Shown: positions 18,208-27,711 of the stretch, in pieces
Layout: the number at the start of each line of letters is the position of its first letter
Position numbering within the stretch: the first letter of the stretch is position 1
Assembly: GCA_963782445.1 (NCBI GenBank)
Contig: CAWAJM010000001.1
Span: 2,485,285-2,549,284, forward strand
Source of the DNA: an uncultured Gammaproteobacteria bacterium
Lineage (GTDB): Bacteria; Pseudomonadota; Gammaproteobacteria; Steroidobacterales; Rariloculaceae
Direction of reading: 5' to 3'
Length of the DNA stretch: 64,000 bases
Notes under the pieces: model-generated
What the model was told of the DNA's origin: nothing
Seen by the model: the letters and a program-made list of their open reading frames with translations, nothing else
Database searches by the model: none
Made by a program: the position numbers and the translations under genes

Positions 18208-19889
18208 TATAAGGCTCGCTCGGCAGCTGCGATTCCGGCACCGACGGCTCGTGCACGTGCGCCTCGACCTTCTCGGTCGACAGCCGTTGACCGGAGGCCA
18301 GCCACATGACCAAGGCCGAGAAGACCGCGATGACGGGGATGGCCCAGCCGAGACCGACCACGCCGAGGTTGCCCGCGCCCGCGGCCGGATCGGGATAGGA
18401 GCCGAGCCAGCCGATCGCGGCGAGGCCCGCGAGCCAGGCGACGACCCAAAGGCCGGACCGGAGCTCGAGCGGCGGAGTCGTCTTGGCGTTCTTCCACTCG
18501 TGCAGCCCCAGCACGATGTAGCCGATCAGCACGGCGAGATACAGCTTCCAGGTCGTGTCCCAGCCCGACCAGTAAACGATGAGATTCGAGGACAGGAATG
18601 CGAGGTAAGCGAAAACGTGCGCCCCGGGCAGCCGGAACGGCCGCGCCTGGCCGGGCAGCTGCCGGCGCAGCGCGAGCAGGACGATGGGCCCGGAACCGAA
18701 AGACAGCACGGTCGCGGACGTGACGAAGCCGACGAGCTTCTGCCACCCCGGGAACGGCAGCAGAAAGACGACGCCCACGACGAACGTCAAAATGACGCTG
18801 ACCCACGGCACACCGCGGTCGTTGACTTCCGAGAGGGCCTTGAAGGTGTTGCCGTTACGGCCCATGCCGTAGGACACGCGCGCCGTGATCGTGGCATAGA
18901 TCAGGCCCGTGTCGGCGGGTGAGATGAAGGCATCGAGATACAGCAGCACGGCGAGCCACGTGAGGCCCATGACCGTGGCGAGCGCCGCGAGCGGCCCGTA
19001 CGTCGCGGCGATGTGGTTGAGGCCGCCCGTGAAGCTCGTGCCGATGTGGGCCCAGCCGTTCGCGAGGGCCGAGCTCGGCAACGCACCGATGAAGGCGATC
19101 TGCAGCGCCACGTAGATCGCGCCCGTGATCAGCACGGAGCCGATGATCGCGATGGGCACGTTGCGGTGCGGATTGCGCGTCTCGCCGGCCAGCTCGACGC
19201 CCTGCCGGAAGCCGAGGTAGGAGAACACGATCCCGGCCGTGGCGATCGAGGAGAAGACGCCGGCCCAGCCGAAAGGCATGAAACCGCCCCTCGCGCTCGT
19301 GTCGAAGTTCGCGCCCTCGAACGCCGTCACGGCGAACGCAATGATCACGAGAACGATGATGACGAGCTTCCACCACACGAGCGCGTTGTTGAGCCTCGCG
19401 AACCAGCGGATGCCGACGACGTTGACGAGACTGAAGAGCCCGAGCAGGGCCACGGCCACGAGGAAGCCCGGCACCGTCAGAACGGGGGTACCGTCCTGCA
19501 GGCGCTGCAGCCAGGGAAGGTAGTTCGTCGAATACTGCAGGGCCGCGAGCACCTCGATCGAACGTCGTGGAGGCCGCCGCGATCCACGTGATCCAGCCGA
19601 ACGTGTAGCTCGCGAACGAACCGAACGAGAACTGCGGAAACCGGACGACGCCGCCGGAGACCGGAAACATGGCGCCGAGCTCTGCGTAGCACAGACCGAT
19701 CAGCATGATCATGACGCCGCCGATGGCCCACGCCAGAATCGCCGCGGGACCGGCGATCTGCGCCGCGTTGAGCGCTCCGAAAAGCCAGCCCGAGCCGATG
19801 ATCGAGCCGACCGCCGTGAACAATAGGCCGATGATGCCGATATCGCGCCGCAGCCGGTGGTCGTCCGCGGCATGGGGGGTCGCAGCCAT
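18197..19889 (-). CDS. APC family amino acid permease (+1 frameshift near 19561)
   Basis: 'GSIIGSGWLF', 'YAELGAMFPVSGG', 'FSYLGFRQGVELAGETRNP'; many TM helices; frames join as 'STT-SIEVLAALQY'. Confidence 0.88.
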
Positions 19890-20080
19890 GCAGTCCGTCA
19901 CTCCGTAGCGTGGGTGCCCGGAATGGTACCCCAGAAAGCCGTCTTGCATCGGTAACTTGCCCTATTTTTCCACGGCCGCTGCCTTGCGGGCCGCCGCCCA
20001 GGCAAGAGGCCTGCCTCACGTCCTATACTGGGCGAAGCCGGCGCCGGCCGATCAGCCACCCGAACGGAACCCTGCCGAAG

Positions 20081-21961
20081 ATGAGCGAAGCCGACCCAAG
20101 CTTGGAGCAACCCCAGGAACCCGAGGCACCCGGGACCCCGACGACCGGCGCCGAGGACGTGCGCTGGGATCTCTCCGATCTCTACGAAAACATCGACGAT
20201 CCGCGCATGGTCGCCGATCTCGAACAGCTCCTGGGCCTGGCGGAAGCGTTCGAGGTGCAGTTCCGGGGACGGCTGACGGAGCGTCTGGGCCAGGCCCTCA
20301 TGGCGCAGGCCGAGATGAGCTGCATCGCCGATCAGCTCATGGGCTATCTGTTTCTGCGGCGCAGCACCGACGCCGCGAACGCCCAGATCCAGCGGCGCCT
20401 GGGCCAGGTTCAGGAGGCCTGGAGCCGGGCCGACGCCGACCACCTGAACTTCTTCGAGCACGAGCTCGTCGCCATCGACGACGCGACCTACGAGGCGATT
20501 CTCGAGCGCGACGAGGTCGCCAGGCACCACCGGCCGCTGCTCGACCACATGCGGGCCAATCGGCGCTACCTGCTCGAGGAAAACGTCGAGCGGGCACTGA
20601 CGCTGCGCTCCCCTTTCGGGCCCTCGGAGTGGACGGACTTTGTGGCCGAGCTCGAGACGGAGCTGCGTTTCGAGGTCGACGGCGAGCACAAGACGCTGCC
20701 CGAGATCCTGCACGTCATTACCAATGACGGCGACGCCGACAGGCGCGCACTCGCCCTGCACGTCTTCAGCGAGGGCCTGACGGCAAGCCGCTTCGACCGA
20801 ACGATGGCGCGAACGCTGAACGTCGTGCTCGGGGCCAAGGCCGTCGAGGATCGCGAGCGCGGCTACGAAAACCCGATGTCGGCGCGCAACATCGGCAATC
20901 GGATCGACGATTCGACGGTCGAGGCGCTGCACGAGGCCGTGGCCGACCTCGGCGCGAGACAGGCGCGCCGGTACTACAGGCTATTGTCGGCGCATCTCGG
21001 CGTCGCACCGCTCAAGTGGTCGGATCGCAATGCACCGCTTCCCTTCGCCGACAGGCGCGTCGTCGGCTGGAACGACTGTCTCGAAACGGTTCTCTCCGCT
21101 TACGACTCGTTCAGCCCTACGCTGAGCGAGCAGGTGAAGCTCATGCTGGACCGTAAATGGGTCGACGCCCCGCCCTACGCAGGGAAGACGGGCGGCGCCT
21201 ACAACATGTCGCTGCTGCTGCCGCCGGACGAGCCCCGCGCCTACAATTTTCTGAATTACCTCGGCTCGACGCGGGACGTCATGACCGTCGCCCACGAGCT
21301 CGGCCACGGGGCCCACGGTCTGCTCGCCGCGCGGGCCCAGGGCGCGCTCATGTATCGCGCACCCATGGCCTACGCGGAGACGGCCTCCATCTTCGGCGAG
21401 ATGACCACGTTTCGTTACCTGCTCGAGCGCGCCGAGAGCGACGAGCAAAGACTCGCCCTGCTAATGAGCAAGAGCGCGGACCACATCAACACCGTCGTCC
21501 GCCAGATTTCCTTCTCGAACTTCGAGCAACGCATCCACGCCGCGCGCCGCGAGGGCAAGCTCACGGTCGACGATCTCAACGCCGCCTGGATGCAGGTCAC
21601 GCGCGCGTTCTATGGCGAGGACGGCGACCTGTTCAGCTATGCGGACACCGAGAACCTCTGGAGCTACGTCACCCACTTCCTGCGGCCGTTCTACGTCTAT
21701 GCCTATGCTTTCGGCGAGCTCTTCACGCAGTCGCTGTTCGCCGTGCGCGAGCGCTTCGGGGGCGAGTTCGAGGGCAAATACCTCGACGTGCTGCGCGCGG
21801 GCGGCAGCAAGAATGCCGTCGAGCTCATGGCGCCCTTCGGGCTCGATCCCCGGGACCCCGAGTTCTGGCGCCGCGGCATCGAGGGCAGCATCGGCACATG
21901 GCTCGACGAAGCCGAGGCGATATCGGGCCGTATGGGCGTCGCCGTGGCGCTCGACGCCTGA
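20081..21961 (+). CDS. pepF: M3 family oligoendopeptidase F
   Basis: 'WDLSDLY', 'GKTGGAY', zinc motif 'AHELGH', 'AETAS', 'FYVYAYAFG'. Confidence 0.9.
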   Translation: MSEADPSLEQPQEPEAPGTPTTGAEDVRWDLSDLYENIDDPRMVADLEQLLGLAEAFEVQFRGRLTERLGQALMAQAEMSCIADQLMGYLFLRRSTDAANAQIQRRLGQVQEAWSRADADHLNFFEHELVAIDDATYEAILERDEVARHHRPLLDHMRANRRYLLEENVERALTLRSPFGPSEWTDFVAELETELRFEVDGEHKTLPEILHVITNDGDADRRALALHVFSEGLTASRFDRTMARTLNVVLGAKAVEDRERGYENPMSARNIGNRIDDSTVEALHEAVADLGARQARRYYRLLSAHLGVAPLKWSDRNAPLPFADRRVVGWNDCLETVLSAYDSFSPTLSEQVKLMLDRKWVDAPPYAGKTGGAYNMSLLLPPDEPRAYNFLNYLGSTRDVMTVAHELGHGAHGLLAARAQGALMYRAPMAYAETASIFGEMTTFRYLLERAESDEQRLALLMSKSADHINTVVRQISFSNFEQRIHAARREGKLTVDDLNAAWMQVTRAFYGEDGDLFSYADTENLWSYVTHFLRPFYVYAYAFGELFTQSLFAVRERFGGEFEGKYLDVLRAGGSKNAVELMAPFGLDPRDPEFWRRGIEGSIGTWLDEAEAISGRMGVAVALDA

Positions 21962-21962
21962 G

Positions 21963-23264
21963 GTGCGTAGGTCCGATCCCGAGAGTGCGTCGGTCGGGCT
22001 CACGGCCGTCGAGCTCGCGACCCGCCTGCGCAACGGCCGCCTGCGCGCCATCGAGCTCACGCAGGCCTGCCTCGCACGCGTCGAGGCAGGCGACCCGGCC
22101 CTGCACGCCTGGGTCGCCGTCGATGCCGCGCTAGCCCGCCGCCGCGCGCGCGAGCTCGACGCCGGCCCGATGCGCGGCCCGCTCCACGGCTTGCCGATCG
22201 GCATCAAGGACATCATCGATACGCGCGATCTGCCGACGGAATACGGCTCGGCGATTTACCGCGGTCACCGGCCCGAAGCCGACGCGGCCTGCGTCGCTCT
22301 GGCCCGCCAGGCAGGCGCCGTCGTGCTCGGCAAAACGGCAACCAGCGAATTCGCCGGGCCGTCGCCCGCCGCCACCGTCAACCCCCATGCCGTGACGCAC
22401 ACGCCGGGCGGCTCCTCGAGCGGCTCGGCCGCCGCGGTAGCCGCCGGCATGGTGCCGCTCGCCGTCGGTACGCAGACGGCCGGCTCCGTGATCCGGCCCG
22501 CGAGCTTCTGTGGGATCGTCGGCTGCAAGCCGAGCTACGGCCTCATCGCCCGCGACGGCGTCAAACTCGTGGCCGAAAGCCTCGATACGGTCGGCGTCTT
22601 CGCCCGCACGGTCGCCGACGCCGCCCTGCTGCTCGGCGTGCTCGCGGACCGGCAGGCCCTGCTCGAGCTGCACCACCTACCGAATCCGCCCAAGGTCGGG
22701 GTCTGCCGCAGCCACGCCTGGCACCGCGTCGAGCCGGCGGCCGCGGCCGCCTTCGTCGAGGCCGAGCGGCGGCTCGCCGCAAGCGGCGCAGCCGTCGGTC
22801 GGGTCGAACTGCCCGCGTCGTTCGCGGGCCTCGCCGCAGCGCACGCGACGATCATGGGCTACGAGTGGGCCGCGAATCTCGCCGCCGAGCGGCATCGGCA
22901 CGCGGACGCCCTGACGGCCCGCCTGCGCGCCGACCTCGAGGCGGGCGCGCGGATTTCGGCTGCCCGGTACGCGGCCGCGAAGCAACTCGCGCAAGCGTGT
23001 CGGCTCGAGCTCCCGGACTGCATGGCCGACTGCGACGTGCTGCTGACGCCGAGCACGCCGGGCGAGGCGCCGGCCGACCTCACGACCACGGGCGATCCCG
23101 TCATGAACCGCGTCTGGACGCTGCTGCACGGACCCTGCGTCAACGTGCCCTTCGGCTTCGGCCCGCACGGGCTGCCGCTCGGCCTGCAGGTCGTGGGGCG
23201 CCGCGGCGCAGATGCGCAAACGCTCGCGGCGGCCGCCTGGATCGCCGACTGCCTCGCGGCCTGA
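21963..23264 (+). CDS. Amidase signature family enzyme
   Basis: 'GPLHGLPIGIKD', 'GKT', 'PGGSSSGSAAAV', 'GTQTAGSVIRPASFCG'. GTG start is approximate. Confidence 0.9.
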   Translation: MRRSDPESASVGLTAVELATRLRNGRLRAIELTQACLARVEAGDPALHAWVAVDAALARRRARELDAGPMRGPLHGLPIGIKDIIDTRDLPTEYGSAIYRGHRPEADAACVALARQAGAVVLGKTATSEFAGPSPAATVNPHAVTHTPGGSSSGSAAAVAAGMVPLAVGTQTAGSVIRPASFCGIVGCKPSYGLIARDGVKLVAESLDTVGVFARTVADAALLLGVLADRQALLELHHLPNPPKVGVCRSHAWHRVEPAAAAAFVEAERRLAASGAAVGRVELPASFAGLAAAHATIMGYEWAANLAAERHRHADALTARLRADLEAGARISAARYAAAKQLAQACRLELPDCMADCDVLLTPSTPGEAPADLTTTGDPVMNRVWTLLHGPCVNVPFGFGPHGLPLGLQVVGRRGADAQTLAAAAWIADCLAA

Positions 23265-23313
23265 TTGGCCGCTCGACGGCGAACGGCCCGCGCGCCGTGC
23301 AGCGTCGAGCGGA

Positions 23314-23652
23314 TCAATCAGCCAGCATCAAAGGCTCGCGCAGCCGCAGAATCTGCTTCGCGTCGTCCGCGTCCACGATCTCGAACGCCTCGAGCCCGGC
23401 CGGACCGCGGGCCGCGTGAATCTGCTTCGGATGCCGGATCATGTGATCGGCGCCGTCGAGATCGATTTGCAGGAGGTCGTCCTTGGGATCGTAGGCGACG
23501 CCGAGTAAGCGCGTCCATTCCGCCTCGACCTGATCGCCGAGCGACAGCGACGCCACCTCGACATGAGCCTGTTTGCCGACGAGCTGCTTCGAGACCCGAT
23601 CGAAATAGTCCTTCCATGCGGCCTTCTCGAGTCTCTCGGTCTTCACGGCCAT
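23314..23652 (-). CDS. Conserved hypothetical protein (DUF5335-like)
   Basis: 'W..YFDRVSK.L', 'LGDQVEAEW..LLGVAYDPKDD', 'DHMI.HP'. Confidence 0.75.
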   Translation of the reverse strand: MAVKTERLEKAAWKDYFDRVSKQLVGKQAHVEVASLSLGDQVEAEWTRLLGVAYDPKDDLLQIDLDGADHMIRHPKQIHAARGPAGLEAFEIVDADDAKQILRLREPLMLAD

Positions 23653-23782
23653 GGGTCTCTCCTCTACACGACAGCGCCGATGCGCCGGAATGCGCCGGGC
23701 CGGCCGCGCCGCCGCAGCGGCCGCGCCCGGCTCCCCTGCCGACGTGCAAGCGGCGGGCCAGCAGGCCACCCGGCCGGCCGCG

Positions 23783-25132
23783 TCAAGGCGCGTAGGAGAT
23801 TCGATAGATGACGTTGGCGCCATCGTCGCTGACGAGCAGCGAGCCGTCCGCCGCCTCGGTGATGCTGGCGGGCCGGGCCCACGCCTTGCCGTCGGTCACG
23901 AATCCGACGAGAAAGTCCTGGTACTCGCCGGTCGGCACGCCGTCTTTCATGATGACGCGCACGACCTTGTGGCCCGTGCGGTTCTGGCGGTTCCAGGAAC
24001 CGTGGAAGACGGCGAAACCGTCGCCGACGTACTCGGCCGGGAACGCGGAGCGGCCCTGCCTAGCGGTATAAAACGCCAGGCCGACCGACGCCGAATGCGC
24101 CTGATACGGCACGTCGGGCGTGAGCGTCTTGCCGGCCAAATCCGGACGCTCGCCCTTGTGCCGCGGGTCCTCGTGGTCGCCCATGTAGTACCAGGGCCAG
24201 CCGTAGAATCCGCCCTCCCGAACCCGGGTCGAGTAGTCGGGCACGAGGTCGTCGCCGAGCAGGTCGCGCTCGTTGACGGTGCACCACAGATTGTCCGTGC
24301 CGGGCTGAAAGGTAAGCCCGACGCAGTTGCGAATGCCCGTCGCAAACGGCTTGCCCGGGGCCTTCGAGCCCACGTCGAACACGAGGACGTTGGCTCTGTT
24401 CGTCTCGTCGTCCCAGGCCGCGCCGACGCCGTGCCCGGCCTCCCAGGCCTCGATCTGAGCGGGCGTCTTTTTCGGCATCTGCTCGGCCACGTTCGAGCCC
24501 GAACCGACCGCGACGAACATGCGCTTGCCGTCGGGCGAAAACGCGAGGTTGCGCGTGAAGTGGCCGCCGCCGGCCTTCGGCGCGAGCTGCGGCACGACGA
24601 CCTCGGCAGGCCCGCGCGCCCGCGTGTCCCCGGCACCATACGGAAACCGCAAGACGCGATCGTTCTCGGCGACATACAGCCACTGCGGGTGATCGCCGGC
24701 CGGATAGAACTGCATGCCGAAGGGCAGCTTCAGGCCCTCGGCGAACACCTCGGCGCCGACGACGCCCGCGCCGTCGGCCGTCGGCCGCAGAACCTTGATG
24801 CGGCCGGCCTGCGTCTCGGCGACGAAAATGTCGCCGTTCGGTGCGATGCGCATGATTCGCGGACCCTGCACGGCCCGCGTGAAGACGTTGACCTCGAAGC
24901 CGGGCGGGAGCCGAAGCTGCGCGTCGGCCGGCTTAGCGACGACGCGCGGAAAATCCCGGCCGATGGGCGTCGCGAACGGCGGCGGCAGCTTGGCAACGTC
25001 GATGCGGTGCATGCGCCCGGGAAAGTCGTTCTTCCAGTCGTCGGCCGGATCGGCGCCGGCGCGGGACGAGAGCAAAGCGGACGCGCCAATCGCGAGCAGG
25101 AGCGCGGCGCCTGCGTGAGGTCGAATCAGCAT
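23783..25132 (-). CDS. PQQ-dependent sugar (glucose/sorbosone) dehydrogenase
   Basis: Signal peptide; 'GIRNCVG', 'VNERDLLGDDLVPDY', 'GFYGWP', 'HGSWNR', 'VSDDG'. Confidence 0.9.
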   Translation of the reverse strand: MLIRPHAGAALLLAIGASALLSSRAGADPADDWKNDFPGRMHRIDVAKLPPPFATPIGRDFPRVVAKPADAQLRLPPGFEVNVFTRAVQGPRIMRIAPNGDIFVAETQAGRIKVLRPTADGAGVVGAEVFAEGLKLPFGMQFYPAGDHPQWLYVAENDRVLRFPYGAGDTRARGPAEVVVPQLAPKAGGGHFTRNLAFSPDGKRMFVAVGSGSNVAEQMPKKTPAQIEAWEAGHGVGAAWDDETNRANVLVFDVGSKAPGKPFATGIRNCVGLTFQPGTDNLWCTVNERDLLGDDLVPDYSTRVREGGFYGWPWYYMGDHEDPRHKGERPDLAGKTLTPDVPYQAHSASVGLAFYTARQGRSAFPAEYVGDGFAVFHGSWNRQNRTGHKVVRVIMKDGVPTGEYQDFLVGFVTDGKAWARPASITEAADGSLLVSDDGANVIYRISYAP

Positions 25133-25293
25133 CGGTACCTCCTATCGAACCCGACGGTTCGGACGTTCGTTGGGCCGATTGTGGCACATTAGAGGACGGA
25201 AAATCCCACGCTGCCGAGGGCGGCACGCGAACCGCGGAGCGGCGGCGCGGCAGCCGCCGCGCGCCCGGGCCGCCGCAGAGGTAAGGCGCAACG

Positions 25294-25327
25294 AAAACGG
25301 CCGCGCGGAATCGCTTCCGCGCGGCCG
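25294..25327 (-). terminator. Rho-independent terminator of the 25350-26504 gene
   Basis: Perfect 13-bp stem (25298-25310 / 25315-25327) with 4-nt loop, followed by TTTT on the minus strand. Confidence 0.65.
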
Positions 25328-25349
25328 CGACGCTCGCAGGTCCCCAGAC

Positions 25350-26504
25350 TTAACGGGGCCGGCCGCCCCCGAACTCGTAGGTCAGCTCTTTGCACGGGTG
25401 CCGCTCGAACGGCGTCTCGGAGAGATAGACCGTATCCGAGCCCGTGTAGGGCTTGGCCAGATAGACCGGGTCCTCGGCCGTATACGTCCGCGTGATGGAC
25501 CCGTCCTTCGGATTCAGCGTGAAACGCTCGACGACGTGCAGCTTGTCGCTGTTGCGCGTCGGCGGCACGAGCACGCCGGGCTCGAAGCCGACGGTGTCGA
25601 CCACGAGCGTATTGCCTTCCCAGTGACCGATCGAATGCCCCGCATAGGTCGGCTTCAGGTCCGACGGATGCTGGTCCATGTCCATATGGACGCGGCGCGT
25701 GAAGCTGTAGAGACCGTAGTCGATGTCGACGACGCGCTCGCCGTCGGCCGTCGTATGCTGAGTGATGCGATTGACCGGCCAATCGAACGTCCAATCGAAG
25801 ATGACGCTCGTCGGCTTGCAGGCCAGCCGCGGGTTGTCCTTGGGCGACCACATCTTGAATGCCTTCGCGGCGGCCTTACCGGCCTCCGTATAGACGGGCC
25901 GCTCGGGCCGCGGATACTGGGCGCGGATCTGCTCGAGCGTGATCTTACCGGTGCGATACGCCTCGATGAGGTGCTTCGGCACGAGCGCGCCATTGCCGCC
26001 GCTCGGCGGCACGGTCAGCACGTCTTCCTCGACGGCCCAGTCGCCCGAAATGTTTGGCGCGCCGGAGGCCAGCGTCGCGGGACGATTCGCCGTATCCACC
26101 TTCTGGGCGTGCGAAAACTGCTCGTTGCGATCGATCTTCGTGCTGCCGCCGAGGTTGATGCTCTCGAGATAGCACGAATGCGGATCCTGACGATGCGGGT
26201 GACCCTGCACGTTCACGTGCGTGCCGGGCACGAATAGGCCCACGTTCCAGCCGGAGCGCTTGATCAGCGTGGCGGCGCGCATTTCGCAGCGCATCGAGAA
26301 CTTCGTCCCGTCGGGCTTGATCGTGTCGAAGTACAGATAGGAGTGCGGATTCACGAGCTCGAAACGCGTGAGCGTTCCTGAATACTCCGTGACCTTGTCC
26401 ATTTGAAACTGGCCGAACCCGTGATGCGCCTGCGCCGCGCCCGCGAAAGCCAACGTGATCGCTGCAGCGACGGCAGACCGCCGAATGAGTTCTCTCGAGC
26501 TCAC
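25350..26504 (-). CDS. Secreted conserved hypothetical protein (DUF6152-like N-terminal domain)
   Basis: Signal peptide ending 'AQAHH'; 'NPHS', 'GHSIGHWEGNTLVVDTVGF', 'LHVVERF'. Confidence 0.75.
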   Translation of the reverse strand: MSSRELIRRSAVAAAITLAFAGAAQAHHGFGQFQMDKVTEYSGTLTRFELVNPHSYLYFDTIKPDGTKFSMRCEMRAATLIKRSGWNVGLFVPGTHVNVQGHPHRQDPHSCYLESINLGGSTKIDRNEQFSHAQKVDTANRPATLASGAPNISGDWAVEEDVLTVPPSGGNGALVPKHLIEAYRTGKITLEQIRAQYPRPERPVYTEAGKAAAKAFKMWSPKDNPRLACKPTSVIFDWTFDWPVNRITQHTTADGERVVDIDYGLYSFTRRVHMDMDQHPSDLKPTYAGHSIGHWEGNTLVVDTVGFEPGVLVPPTRNSDKLHVVERFTLNPKDGSITRTYTAEDPVYLAKPYTGSDTVYLSETPFERHPCKELTYEFGGGRPR

Positions 26505-26804
26505 AATAACCCCCTTAAAAATTCGCCTCTGTGTGACAAGCCGCGAACCCAGCCGACGAGGCGCCAGGTGCGCAGCCGAGGTAGATTCTTGGCGGCGGCC
26601 GGGTCGGCCGCTCGTATACCCGCGCAGCCTACCCTACTCCCGCCCGTTCCGCGACTGGATCGGGGCCTTCGCGGCCCCCGCCGACGCTTCAGAAATGTGA
26701 AGATCGCGAGCCGCCCCGAGGCCGCGCCGCGCCCGGCATGCTTTATGCTGGTGCCGGACGCGGGCCGCGGACGGGCCCGCGGTTACGCACCGAGGAACGA
26801 TGTC

Positions 26805-27674
26805 ATGGCCGACGAACGCAAGCGCCTTCCCGGCAACGCGGAGGGGTTGTTCTACGTCGATTCGACGTGCATCGATTGCGGCGTGAGCCGTCACTATGCG
26901 CCGGACGTGTTCGGCGACGACGGCCGCCATGCGTTCGTCATCCGCCAACCGCACTCGCCGGCCGAACGTCTCAAGGTCGAGATGGCATTGCTCGCCTGCC
27001 CCGTGGCCTCGATCGGAACGGCGGCGCCCGTCGACCTTACGGCGGCCCGCGAGGCGTTCCCGCACGAGCTCGCACCGAACGTCTTCGTCAATGGCTACAA
27101 CTCGCGCAAGTCCTTCGGCGCACACAGCTACTTCATTCGCGCCGGGGGCGGCAATTGGCTCGTGGACTCACCGCGGTATACGCGTCACCTCGTGGACCGC
27201 TTCGAGCGCGCTGGCGGGCTGCGCTGGATCTTCCTGACGCATCGCGACGACGTCGCCGACGCGGCGCGCTTCGCGCAGCATTTCCGAGCCGAGCGCATCA
27301 TCCACGAGCGCGACCTCTGCGCGCAGCCGGATGCCGAGATCGTCGTGCACGGCGAGGGTCTGCGCCTCGACGATGCCGAGGTCATCGCGACTCCCGGGCA
27401 CACCGAAGGCCACGCCGTGCTCCTATGGCGCGGACAGTATTTGTTCACGGGCGACCACTTTGCATGGGTGCAGAGCGAGGGCCGGTTCCGTTCGTTTCCA
27501 AGCGTGTGCTGGTACTCCTGGGAAGCCCAAACCGAATCCGTTCGCAAGCTCTCGGCTTGGCGGGACGTCCGCTGGATCTTTCCCGGCCACGGCATGTGGC
27601 ATCCGGTGGACCCCGGCCGGTTCCCGCAGGTCATCGCGGAGGCGGCAGACTGGATGGCGGGCCAGGAGGCGTAG
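26805..27674 (+). CDS. MBL-fold metallo-hydrolase with N-terminal ferredoxin-like domain
   Basis: 'YVDSTCIDC', 'ACPVASI', 'FLTHRDDVAD', 'TPGHTEGH', 'FTGDH', 'PGHG'. Confidence 0.88.
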   Translation: MADERKRLPGNAEGLFYVDSTCIDCGVSRHYAPDVFGDDGRHAFVIRQPHSPAERLKVEMALLACPVASIGTAAPVDLTAAREAFPHELAPNVFVNGYNSRKSFGAHSYFIRAGGGNWLVDSPRYTRHLVDRFERAGGLRWIFLTHRDDVADAARFAQHFRAERIIHERDLCAQPDAEIVVHGEGLRLDDAEVIATPGHTEGHAVLLWRGQYLFTGDHFAWVQSEGRFRSFPSVCWYSWEAQTESVRKLSAWRDVRWIFPGHGMWHPVDPGRFPQVIAEAADWMAGQEA

Positions 27675-27711
27675 CGACGACCGCGGCGCCGCCGGACGCA
27701 GGCCGGCCGAG

